A DNA stretch of 64,000 nucleotides from positions 63,942 through 127,941 of the forward strand of contig JBEKOL010000002.1 in assembly GCA_049521775.1 (NCBI GenBank), read 5' to 3'. A program made the translations under genes and the position numbers. Shown piece after piece: positions 36,589 to 45,079 of the stretch. The stretch is from Syntrophales bacterium. GTDB taxonomy: Bacteria > Desulfobacterota > Syntrophia > Syntrophales > UBA2185. The notes beneath the pieces are model-generated. The model was not told the DNA's origin and searched no databases. It saw nothing but the letters and a program-made list of their open reading frames with translations. Position 1 is the stretch's first letter. Each line of letters starts with the position of its first letter.

Positions 36589-36984
36589 TCACACTGCAAC
36601 CGAAAGGGGCCCCAAACTCTCAATCTCTTTTTTCATTTCTTCGATGAAGACAGGGATTTTCGTGCCTTCCGGGTCAAGGCTCAGCGCAATCTTGAGACGT
36701 CTGGGCTCGATGCCGAATTCTTTGAGCGTCTTGCGTAATAGAAGCACCCTCTTTCTTGCCTGGTAGTTGCCAGTCTGAAAATGGCATTCCTTATCGGGGC
36801 AGCCTAATATAAGCACTCCGTCTGCCCCTTCCTTGAAGGCATCTATGATATGCGTGGCGTCCACCTTGCCGCTGCAGGCCACCGGAATAAGGTTTATCAG
36901 CTTCTTGGCATAGCCGTTACCGCTCAGATAGCCCCACCCGAATTTACAGGAGAAGCATACAAGTTTGGGGGTGAACTCCTTCAT
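36589..36984 (-). CDS. methyl-viologen-reducing hydrogenase delta subunit-like protein (MvhD/FlpD)
   Basis: LVCFSCKFGWGY...IPVACSGKVDATHIIDAFKEGADGVLILGCPDKECHF is the MvhD signature. The ATG at 36984 follows GGAGG. Confidence 0.88.
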   Translation of the reverse strand: MKEFTPKLVCFSCKFGWGYLSGNGYAKKLINLIPVACSGKVDATHIIDAFKEGADGVLILGCPDKECHFQTGNYQARKRVLLLRKTLKEFGIEPRRLKIALSLDPEGTKIPVFIEEMKKEIESLGPLSVAV

Positions 36985-37056
36985 ATTATCCTCCTCGTGA
37001 CTATTTTCGTAAAACCCATTCATCAGAATAGTTGCATTTCCCTTGAGATTATCATG

Positions 37057-37683
37057 TCACAGTATGCTGCCTGTGAACAAATGTGGTGGGCATCCTTCCG
37101 GCGCCCACTGGGCAATAAGTTCTGCGTCTAATTGAACGCCTGCTTCATCCCCAAAGAAGATAATCCCATCCGACTGCTGATTTAGATAATCGACGAATAA
37201 TCTTCTTTTTACCGAAGCTGCCTTCTCATACTTCTTACGGGCCAATTTCACAGGGGTGTCGATCGCGTGAAGCCAGTTAATCAGCTGAGTGCGTCCTATA
37301 ACGATCCCATGTCTCTCTTTCAGGTACCTTCTGACCAGGGGATTGTCCCAGCGCGACTGCATGTATCCTTGATTCATCGGTGACTGAATTAATGTCTTTT
37401 TCAGATCTTCTGCGATATCAGCCGTTAGCTGGCATGGGCGGCCGAGATGCTGGTCCTCGAGCCCCTTTGTGCCTTCCGTGTTTATCCTTTTTACAAGATT
37501 ATAGATACCCTGCCGGGACATCTTGCGCCGGCGACTTAGGTGATCTATAGGCACTTTATCAATGACACCCTGCAAAATAGCTATCCTCAATCCCACACGA
37601 CCATGGCATTGTCGCGATAAATATTCATCCAAAGAAGCATGTGTAATCTCAGGATGCGTAATCATAAGTTTAGATGTTGCCAT
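37057..37683 (-). mobile_element. IS630-family transposase remnant (N-terminal 208 aa only)
   Basis: Two winged-HTH modules (MSRQGIYNLVKRI; RWDNPLVRRYLKERHGIVIGRTQLINWL) and the start of the DDE_3 domain (IIFFGDEAG). It then stops, with only about 70 nt left before mvhD. No terminal inverted repeats were identified. Confidence 0.7.
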
Positions 37684-37724
37684 ATTCTCAACTCCGTCTC
37701 ATTTGAATTCTGAAATAATGATCC

Positions 37725-39524
37725 TTAAAACGAAGCATAGACTTCGGCGATACGTTCTTCCATATCGGAGCCTATCAGTTCTCTTGCGCCGGCCGGGCAG
37801 GATGATACGCACATGCCGCAGGCCTTGCATCTGAATATGTCGGTGGCGGATACCAGGTGGCCGCCCTGCTCCTTGAGATAGGCCGCTCCGTAATGGCAGG
37901 ATGATAGACATATCCCGCACCCGCTGCACAGGTGCTCGTGAACAACAACGGAGGGCAGTTCGTCCTGCATACCGATGGATATGCAGGCCTTGCACGAGAC
38001 GCAGGGGCCGCAGCAGAGACAGCGCCTTGCCTCCTCGATGGCCTCTTTGAGGGTAAACCCTTTCTCGAACATCTGGAAGTGTACGCGCTTCTCTGCCGGT
38101 ATCCATACCACCTCGGGCTCAGACCTGTAATCTTCATCCTTGAGCTGTGGTATCTCGAATGCCTCAAATTCTTTTTTTCTGCCGGCCCTGACATCAATTC
38201 CCTTGAGATAACGCTCAATGGACTCCGCCGCCTCCTGGCCTTCCCGCATGGCATCCACCATAAAGCCGACCCTTCGCACGTCGCCACCTATAAAGACCCA
38301 GTCTTTGTTGCTGCTCTGAAGCGTGAGAGGATCCACAGCCAGCCGTCCATTTTCATCCAAGAGGCCTTCTCCCTGGAGAAACTCTCTATCCGGTCCCTGA
38401 CCGACGGTGATGATAAGGGCATCGCCGTCTATAGTGACGGTTTTTCCGGTGTCGAATTCCGGATTGAACCTGCCATCTTTATCGAAGACGCTCGTGCATT
38501 TAGGGGATACTATGCCTGTGAATCTTCCTTCCTCGCCCAATATCTTGCTTACGCCGCGGGAGTATATGGTCCTTATGCCTTCTTCCCAGGCGCCCCGGAT
38601 TTCCTCATGATCCGCGGGAATACCGTCTTTCGAGGACTTGTCCTCTGATTCGAGGGCCACCAGGGTGACGTCTCCACCGAGTCTCTTAGCTGATCGCGCC
38701 GCATCAAAGGCCACATTGCCGCCGCCTATGACGATAACCTTTTTGCCGCCCAAGTAGTCTTTCACAAGGATGCCGCGACTTACCTCATACAGGAACGTCT
38801 GCCCATACATGACGCCGTCCAGATCCTGGTTCTCCACCATTTCCCGACCAAAGGTAAGAACTCTCGGCGTGGGCGTTCCTTTGGCGATAAACACTGCCTT
38901 GTACCCGTCCTTCCTCAGTTTATCGAGGGTGAGATTCCCCTCTCCGATCCTGGAATTGTATCTTACTTCTACGCCAGCGACCCTCAGCATGTTTTCTATG
39001 ACTCTCTGAAGCACAATTTTTGGCAGGCGATAGTGGGGAATCAGCCAGAGCGCCCCTCCCAGTCTGCCTGAAGACTCGAAGATAGTTACTCTGTAGCCTT
39101 TTCTGCCGAGGTGAAAGGCGCACATCAACCCGCCCGGGCCTCCGCCTATGACAGCTACGTTTCCCTTGTCCTTAACGATGTCGTATTCTTTTTTTTCATC
39201 GAGGTGGTCTAAGAAATAGTCGGATACAAACCGCTTCAAGAGTCTCCTTCTGATGGAACCTCCCTTGCTCTGGTAATTACAACCCAACTCGCATATACCG
39301 CAGACATAGCCGCACACAGGGAAAAGCGGATTGTTCTCAAAAAGATAGTCCCCGATCTGGATCAAACCTTCTTTGGCCTGCTTGATATCTTCCGGCAGCA
39401 GAGAGATGAGAACGTTTGTGCGCTGGATATCCTCATTGATGGGACATCGCTCCTGACAAGGTGCGAGACACTGCTTGATGGCAGGCTCTACAGACGCCTC
39501 TCCCTGGATGGTGGTCTTCCACAT
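37725..39524 (-). CDS. GltD/NfnB-like FAD/NAD(P)H oxidoreductase with N-terminal Fe-S and C-terminal 2x[4Fe-4S] ferredoxin domains
   Basis: CLAPCQERCPINEDI, VAVIGGGPGGLMCAFHLGRKGYRVTIFESSGRLGGAL, a second Rossmann motif VIGGGNVAFD, and a C-terminal CLCCGPCVSCKAC...CSGCGICLSSC...CKACGMCVSSCP. Confidence 0.85.
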   Translation of the reverse strand: MWKTTIQGEASVEPAIKQCLAPCQERCPINEDIQRTNVLISLLPEDIKQAKEGLIQIGDYLFENNPLFPVCGYVCGICELGCNYQSKGGSIRRRLLKRFVSDYFLDHLDEKKEYDIVKDKGNVAVIGGGPGGLMCAFHLGRKGYRVTIFESSGRLGGALWLIPHYRLPKIVLQRVIENMLRVAGVEVRYNSRIGEGNLTLDKLRKDGYKAVFIAKGTPTPRVLTFGREMVENQDLDGVMYGQTFLYEVSRGILVKDYLGGKKVIVIGGGNVAFDAARSAKRLGGDVTLVALESEDKSSKDGIPADHEEIRGAWEEGIRTIYSRGVSKILGEEGRFTGIVSPKCTSVFDKDGRFNPEFDTGKTVTIDGDALIITVGQGPDREFLQGEGLLDENGRLAVDPLTLQSSNKDWVFIGGDVRRVGFMVDAMREGQEAAESIERYLKGIDVRAGRKKEFEAFEIPQLKDEDYRSEPEVVWIPAEKRVHFQMFEKGFTLKEAIEEARRCLCCGPCVSCKACISIGMQDELPSVVVHEHLCSGCGICLSSCHYGAAYLKEQGGHLVSATDIFRCKACGMCVSSCPAGARELIGSDMEERIAEVYASF

Positions 39525-39587
39525 GGTGATCCCTCCTCAAAAATTTTTCCGCACCTGTAGACCGCTTCCGTAAGTTATCTACCATTC

Positions 39588-39614
39588 TGTCATTTCGAGT
39601 GAAATGAAATGACA
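39588..39614. repeat. short copy of the TGTCATTTC/GAAATGACA hairpin element (in the hydrogenase operon leader)
   Basis: TGTCATTTC-GAGTGAAAT-GAAATGACA: a 9-bp perfect stem with a 9-nt loop. Confidence 0.6.
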
Positions 39615-39676
39615 TCCTTTAGGACGACATGGTATGAAGGATGCGATCTGCCAATCAGAATGTATACTTAACAATT

Positions 39677-39692
39677 AGCAATACCGATGCCA
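39677..39692 (-). promoter_or_regulatory. sigma-54 (-24/-12) promoter for the oxidoreductase-hydrogenase operon
   Basis: The minus strand reads TGGCAT-CGGTA-TTGCT with exact GG-N10-GC spacing, about 150 nt upstream of the ATG at 39524. Confidence 0.7.
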
Positions 39693-39755
39693 TATGTTTT
39701 TGTTAAATGATTTTAAATAGATATGAAGCTTGAGATGCATCTTTGCCCTTGTTCA

Positions 39756-39793
39756 GGGGTAATATTACCCCCACCTGGGGGTCTTATTACCCG
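39756..39793. promoter_or_regulatory. tandem palindromic operator/UAS sites
   Basis: GGGGTAATATTACCCC (39756-39771) is a perfect 16-nt palindrome. GGGGTCTTATTACCCG (39778-39793) is a near copy with a 22-bp centre-to-centre distance. They lie 65-115 bp upstream of the sigma-54 -24 element. Confidence 0.6.
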
Positions 39794-39916
39794 CCAGAAA
39801 CTGTGTCGTAATGCCTACTTGTCATTGCCATGGCTACTGACAAAGGTAGGGCGCTGAAACCGTAATATTGATGCGTGAGGCTAGGCCGTAATCGTCAAGA
39901 TAATAAATGAACTCCT

Positions 39917-39945
39917 TGACAAGAAATTTCGAATTTGTTTAACTG
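39917..39945 (+). promoter_or_regulatory. sigma-70-type promoter candidate for the dynamin-like gene
   Basis: TTGACA, a 17-nt spacer, then TTAACT, about 85 nt upstream of the ATG at 40031. Confidence 0.4.
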
Positions 39946-40030
39946 CCGAGCAGGTGATGGAGTTCGCCTGTAAATAAACCGCCTTTAAGGCTGATAACTC
40001 CTTCCGGCTTCTTCCTGGGGGAGTTTTTTT

Positions 40031-41710
40031 ATGTCTGATACAATCAACCATGATTCAGTGAGCCGAGTACAGGACGTTTCACAACAATCGCTGAAAAACG
40101 TTCGTGACCTCTGCTCCAGATTCTCCATTCTTTCCCTGAACCGCCAGATAGAGGCCTGCGAGAAACTGGTTATCCAGAGCCCGCCCATTGATGTGGCAAT
40201 TCTCGGCCAGTTCAAGGCAGGCAAGAGTTCCTTCATCAATAGTCTTATCGGCAAATCCGTTCTTCCCGTTGGCGTAATACCGGTTACCACGGTTATTACC
40301 CGCCTTCAATTTGGGGAAAGAGAACAAGCCGTTGTCAGGTATTTCGACGGTAGCGCATCGGAGATCGGCATTAACGATATTGAAGCTTTTACCTCGGAAG
40401 CCGAAAATCCATCCAATAAGAAAAACGTAGAGGTTGTGGATATTGAACTTCCGTCTCTCAGGGATTACGCAGGTCTGCGATTGGTGGATACCCCCGGCTT
40501 GGGAAGTGTATTCAAATATCATGTGGAAACCTCTGAAAATTGGCTTCCCCAAGTGGGGACCGCCATACTTGCCGTCAGCTCCGACCGCCCCCTTTCAGGT
40601 AACGACGTGCAATTGATTCGGGAGCTCATGCAGCACACGCCGAATATAGTCATACTCCTGACAAAAGCTGACCTTCTCTCACGGGAACAGCAGAACGAAG
40701 TCATAGAATTTTTTGAGCGAACGCTTCAGCGTGAATTAAATAAGCGGTTGCCGATCTATATATACTCGACCCGTGTGAAGACAGAGAAATACAAGGATCG
40801 ATTGGAAGAAAGCCTTCTTTTCAAGCTATCGCTAAACCGTGATTTCGAGTTCAGGAAAATCCTCCAGTACAAGATGCAGTCCCTGATAAGAGGTTGTCTC
40901 GGCTATCTCGATATCGCCCTGAAGATGTCTTTGCGGGCTGACCTTGACCGTGAGAATCTTCATAAACAGATCTTCGATGAAAAAGTTAATTTCGACCTCA
41001 TCCGTGAGGAACTTACCATCATTGCCCGCGAGAACCAGAGACAAACGCGAACCCTAATGATGAACTACCTTGATAATTTTCAGAGACCTCTCAGGAAGAA
41101 ACTCTCTCTGGATTTGGAAAAGGAGCTTTCCACGTGGAAAGTGAATCTCTGGAAACTCACCCGGAGATATGAAGAATGGCTCGCAGACCGCATGACGGAA
41201 GAGATGATGCATATCTCCAAAACAGAGCATAGACATTTCTATGGCACTCTCAACAAGGCTCACGCCAGTTTATCCAGATCAATTGAATCCTTCAGGAATC
41301 TTTTGGATAAAAATATCGAAAAGGTTCTTGGTGTGAGACTGGCTGAAGCGGACTGGAGAATTGAGGTATCAGAACCCGATCACCCTGACATCAAGACGAT
41401 AAGATCATTTGACTTCCATTTCGATCTCATCTGGTTTCTTATCCCCATGTTTATCTTCGGGGGACTTTTTGAGAAGCATTTTGTCAGCGAGATTCCCCGT
41501 GAAGTGGAAGCCAATATTTCCCGTCTTGCCGCCCAGTGGGAGGACCGCATCAACAGGGCAATCGAAGAAATGCGAAAACAGGCGATTGATTACGTAAAAG
41601 AGGAACTCTCCACCATAGACGCCTTGTTATCGAAGACGCATGGTCAAACAGATGAGATCAACGAGACCATTCAAAAACTCAATGAAGGATTGCAGGACTT
41701 AATAGCTTAA
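40031..41710 (+). CDS. bacterial dynamin-like GTPase
   Basis: G1 motif GQFKAGKSSFINSLIG, G3 motif DTPGLGS, G4 motif TKADLL, a long helical stalk, and a hydrophobic paddle-like segment FHFDLIWFLIPMFIFGGLF. It is 559 aa. Confidence 0.85.
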   Translation: MSDTINHDSVSRVQDVSQQSLKNVRDLCSRFSILSLNRQIEACEKLVIQSPPIDVAILGQFKAGKSSFINSLIGKSVLPVGVIPVTTVITRLQFGEREQAVVRYFDGSASEIGINDIEAFTSEAENPSNKKNVEVVDIELPSLRDYAGLRLVDTPGLGSVFKYHVETSENWLPQVGTAILAVSSDRPLSGNDVQLIRELMQHTPNIVILLTKADLLSREQQNEVIEFFERTLQRELNKRLPIYIYSTRVKTEKYKDRLEESLLFKLSLNRDFEFRKILQYKMQSLIRGCLGYLDIALKMSLRADLDRENLHKQIFDEKVNFDLIREELTIIARENQRQTRTLMMNYLDNFQRPLRKKLSLDLEKELSTWKVNLWKLTRRYEEWLADRMTEEMMHISKTEHRHFYGTLNKAHASLSRSIESFRNLLDKNIEKVLGVRLAEADWRIEVSEPDHPDIKTIRSFDFHFDLIWFLIPMFIFGGLFEKHFVSEIPREVEANISRLAAQWEDRINRAIEEMRKQAIDYVKEELSTIDALLSKTHGQTDEINETIQKLNEGLQDLIA

Positions 41711-41738
41711 CCTGGCAATAGGTCATTGAGGGTTTAGG

Positions 41739-41765
41739 CGGAACCATGTCGTGCCGGGATTTTTT
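41739..41765 (+). terminator. weak intrinsic terminator candidate
   Basis: CGGAAC-CATGTC-GTGCCG (6-bp stem with one mismatch) followed by GGATTTTTT. Confidence 0.35.
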
Positions 41766-41792
41766 GATAATTCATTGAAAAGGGGAATATAG

Positions 41793-42230
41793 ATGGAAAA
41801 GGAGAAGGGCTGTGTATTTTGCGACATCGTAGCGGGCAAGGCCGAAGCATATAAGATTTATGAAGACGAGCATTCCATCTGCATACTGGATATCCACCCT
41901 TTCACAAAGGGTCACTGCCTGGTAATTGCAAAGCGGCATGTCCAGTGGTGGCACGAACTCTCCGATGAAGAAAACACAAGCCTTTTTAAGGTGGCGAAGG
42001 TTGTCGCCAACCGGATGATGGACAAATTCCATCCCGACTTCATCTTTCTCTATGCGCGTGGCAGAAGAATTCCGCATACCCATCTTTTTTTGATCCCGAC
42101 TTACAGCGGTGATGTACTCGACCGTTTTTTCAACGCCCTGGAAAATTTTCAGGAATCACCACAGGAGCTGGCAAGACTCAAGGAGCCGCAAGCCATGGCT
42201 GAAGCAGCGAAAGTAATAGGACAAGGTTAG
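41793..42230 (+). CDS. HIT (histidine triad) family protein
   Basis: CVFCDIV N-terminal Zn-like motif, HPFTKGHCLVIAKRH, and a triad region IPHTHLFLIP in which the third His is replaced by Phe. Confidence 0.8.
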   Translation: MEKEKGCVFCDIVAGKAEAYKIYEDEHSICILDIHPFTKGHCLVIAKRHVQWWHELSDEENTSLFKVAKVVANRMMDKFHPDFIFLYARGRRIPHTHLFLIPTYSGDVLDRFFNALENFQESPQELARLKEPQAMAEAAKVIGQG

Positions 42231-42340
42231 AAGGAACTGCGAGCAGATTGCACTCTTTATAATCGATGCAGGCATTTAACTATATCTTGCACCGCAAGTA
42301 TTATGAGTTAAAGCTGAGATAGCAAAATGTGCCAAACAAA

Positions 42341-43540
42341 TCAGAGCGAGAGATACCCGTCAGGGGCAAGGCTGGTTGCCAGCATCACCATGTTTATGTC
42401 ACGATGCTCAGTCCAGGTCTCTGCCTGTCTGTTTGTAACGTCAAGCCAATACGCCTCAATCATGTTACTGAGCGGTGTGTAGCGCATCAGATTTTCCGTC
42501 TGCGAGTGCAGGCGATTTAGCATGATGAAACTGCGCGGAGCCTGCTTAATCCGTCCCGGCAATTTCTCAATTGCATGTAATCCGATAGACAATCCCAGCT
42601 CCCGAAATGCAAGGCGGTAATCGGCAGGAAGCCTCAATGAATTCCTTCTTTCATAGGATCGCAGGCCGATCAGAGAAGAATCCAGGAGGTCATTCAGAAG
42701 CTCTGCCTGCCCGATATCTTCGGTCATTATCAGTTGGGCCAGTTTGTACGTGGCACTTAAGAGTTCGCCCATGCCGAGAGGATCGTCCGTTGCCCAATTC
42801 TTTCCTTCACAGATATCGGCCATATCTGCGATCTCCCTGCTGAGGTCGAAGTCTGCCGAATTCCTGGAATCTTTTGCCGCCATATGCTGAAGCTCCAGGT
42901 ATGTGATGAGTCCGTCGAGAGGATCGTGATGCCCCATCGACGGCACAAGCGGACGCGAGAGGTCAATGCTCATTTTCCAGAACATGCGTTTCGGGTCACC
43001 GGACGATGGAAGATAAGTAAACCCTACGTGTACCCTTTTTGCAAGCTCAAGCGCCCATCTATTGTAGATTGAATCTCCGGTAACCCGGCTTACACGATTG
43101 AGGGCGTGCATCCATTTCGTCAGGTAATGATAGTATTGCCCGTCCCTATCCCATTCCAATTGTTCATCATAAGGTTCATCAGCTCTGCGTTCGTGCATGC
43201 CCTTGCCGATTCTCAGCCCGTTTTTTGTGGGGTGCGCTCTGCCCTCTTGTTCCTCGAGACCACTGATCCAGCCGGTTCTCGGGTCATCGTCACGGTGTCG
43301 TCCCAGTATATCATGAACCTGATCGACGAGTTGCAAAGCGAGGCGCCTGTATTGCTCATCATTCGTTTGCCGATAAAGTTCAAGGAAGTTGCAGACGGCG
43401 AAAGCATCCGTCCATAAGTAGCGCCGCGCCGCTTCCCTGGACGATGACAGTCCGGTAAGATGGGCAAATTCCATCATGATTTCCCGGACCACAGCCCCGC
43501 CTGTATTTTGCTCCATCTCTTCACCATACCCATCTATCAT
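42341..43540 (-). CDS. hypothetical protein, possibly (alpha/alpha)6-toroid fold
   Basis: A 399-aa ORF with repeated helical W/Y-rich segments (RYLWTDAFAVCNFLELY, YYHYLTKWMHAL). No motif was assigned with confidence. Confidence 0.5.
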   Translation of the reverse strand: MIDGYGEEMEQNTGGAVVREIMMEFAHLTGLSSSREAARRYLWTDAFAVCNFLELYRQTNDEQYRRLALQLVDQVHDILGRHRDDDPRTGWISGLEEQEGRAHPTKNGLRIGKGMHERRADEPYDEQLEWDRDGQYYHYLTKWMHALNRVSRVTGDSIYNRWALELAKRVHVGFTYLPSSGDPKRMFWKMSIDLSRPLVPSMGHHDPLDGLITYLELQHMAAKDSRNSADFDLSREIADMADICEGKNWATDDPLGMGELLSATYKLAQLIMTEDIGQAELLNDLLDSSLIGLRSYERRNSLRLPADYRLAFRELGLSIGLHAIEKLPGRIKQAPRSFIMLNRLHSQTENLMRYTPLSNMIEAYWLDVTNRQAETWTEHRDINMVMLATSLAPDGYLSL

Positions 43541-43685
43541 TCTCGCGCAGAGCCTGCCTCTCTTCGTGACTCATTTCCCTTGCTCAGGGTCAATCATTCT
43601 AATTTTTTTCTTTCTCTTTGCCTTGAAAAGGGACAAGTCTCATTGAGTCAAGAAACTATTCCCTTAGAACTCTGAGTCAAGATTT

Positions 43686-44582
43686 TCACTCAAACATGAA
43701 ATGATCCTTGTTTGCATCTTCGGGCTTGCTCTCGAGTTCTGCAATAACCTGGGCGCCTAACAGAAGTATTATCGCTGCCGCTTCTATACCGAGAAGGAAC
43801 ACAACCGTCGATGCCAGAGAACCGTAAATTATATTTACGAAGGATATGGACGTGTAATACCAGACGACGACGCGACGGGTTATCTCCCAGAGAATCGTGG
43901 CTGCCAATCCTCCGATCAGCGCGTGATGAAATGTTATCCGCCCCACAGGCATGACGAGATACAGAGAGGTGAACATAAGAACTTCACCAATTAACCCCGA
44001 CCAATAGAATGCAATTCTGGACGTGCCTTCAAAGCTCCAATTCCAGCCTAAGAGCATGAAGTGCCTGTTTTCGATGGCCTCTAATGCTCCCGCAAATAAT
44101 GACACAAAGAATATGCCAAGGCCAATCAATAAAATATACACAAAAGGAATAATGGCTGAAATCATAAAGTTGCGGCGCTGGATTCTAATGCGGTGGTGAA
44201 ATATGACCGAGATTGCATTCTCAAGCACCGTGAAGGCTATGGAGCTGAAAAACAGCATGATCAGTATGCCGATAACACCGATTACATTGCGGTGCACAAT
44301 GAATACCCGCACCTGTTCGGTCAAAGTCGATGCATATCCCGGCATCGCCATTTCCAGGTATGTAGATAGGGTGAGAAACAGCTGTTCCTGTTCTATAAAG
44401 TGCGACAGGACAATCAAAGTGAGTATCGACAGAGGAACGATCGACAGAAGAGTGTAATAGGCAATGGCACCGGAAAGCAGTATGCCCTGGTTCTGTCTGA
44501 AACTGCGTAATACTTTAAACACGAAGCTCGCAAACTGCGGCAATGCCCTTATTGATTTTTGAAATTTGTTGACCATGGACAA
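43686..44582 (-). CDS. YihY/BrkB (virulence factor BrkB / former RNase BN) family membrane protein
   Basis: LLSGAIAYYTLLSIVPL signature and 6 TM helices. Confidence 0.85.
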   Translation of the reverse strand: MSMVNKFQKSIRALPQFASFVFKVLRSFRQNQGILLSGAIAYYTLLSIVPLSILTLIVLSHFIEQEQLFLTLSTYLEMAMPGYASTLTEQVRVFIVHRNVIGVIGILIMLFFSSIAFTVLENAISVIFHHRIRIQRRNFMISAIIPFVYILLIGLGIFFVSLFAGALEAIENRHFMLLGWNWSFEGTSRIAFYWSGLIGEVLMFTSLYLVMPVGRITFHHALIGGLAATILWEITRRVVVWYYTSISFVNIIYGSLASTVVFLLGIEAAAIILLLGAQVIAELESKPEDANKDHFMFE

Positions 44583-44638
44583 GATGTTACGTGAAGAATA
44601 TATTTACCTTTTAATCTCCATCCGGCTTCATAAAAACA

Positions 44639-45037
44639 TTACGGGAGGGCGCCGCAAATCACGGAAATCTCAATTGACGCATCCCTTGGCAATTGGTCCA
44701 CTTGAACTGTTTCCCGGGCAGGGAGGATATCGTCAAAATATCTGCCATAGATCTCATTGAATTTTCCAAAGAGACAGAGGTCTTTAAGGAAGACTGATGC
44801 TTTCAGAACATTCTTCAGGCTCATGCCGCTTGCTTCAACCACAGCCTTGAGATTTTCCAGAACGAGTATCACCTCGGCCTCGAAGTTCCCCGTTAATAAT
44901 TCACCCGTCTTGGGATCAATGGGGATCATCCCGGAAACGAACAGCAGATCGCCGTACCTTACTGCTTGCGCATAAGGGCCGATTGCCTTTGGGGCATCGG
45001 GAGTGCTTATTATTTTTTTCTCTGATGCGGTATTCAT
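44639..45037 (-). CDS. ridA: RidA/YjgF/UK114 family reactive-intermediate deaminase
   Basis: APKAIGPYAQAV and a C-terminal ARETVQVDQLPRDASIEI. The ATG at 45037 follows GGAGG. Confidence 0.88.
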   Translation of the reverse strand: MNTASEKKIISTPDAPKAIGPYAQAVRYGDLLFVSGMIPIDPKTGELLTGNFEAEVILVLENLKAVVEASGMSLKNVLKASVFLKDLCLFGKFNEIYGRYFDDILPARETVQVDQLPRDASIEISVICGALP

Positions 45038-45079
45038 ATCCGGCCTCCGTCCATACAAGACGATTATAATATCTCGACA

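Noticed and set aside
37699-38287. Two overlapping R/A/P-rich minus-strand ORFs (135 and 170 aa) inside the GltD/NfnB-like gene
   Set aside because: These are alternative frames of a strongly supported coding region. Their composition is the expected off-frame artefact of GC-rich codons.
43640-43685. Direct repeat GAGTCAAGA(N23)GAGTCAAGA between two minus-strand genes
   Set aside because: It is a single short duplication with no further copies seen. A chance occurrence or a minor regulatory site cannot be distinguished.
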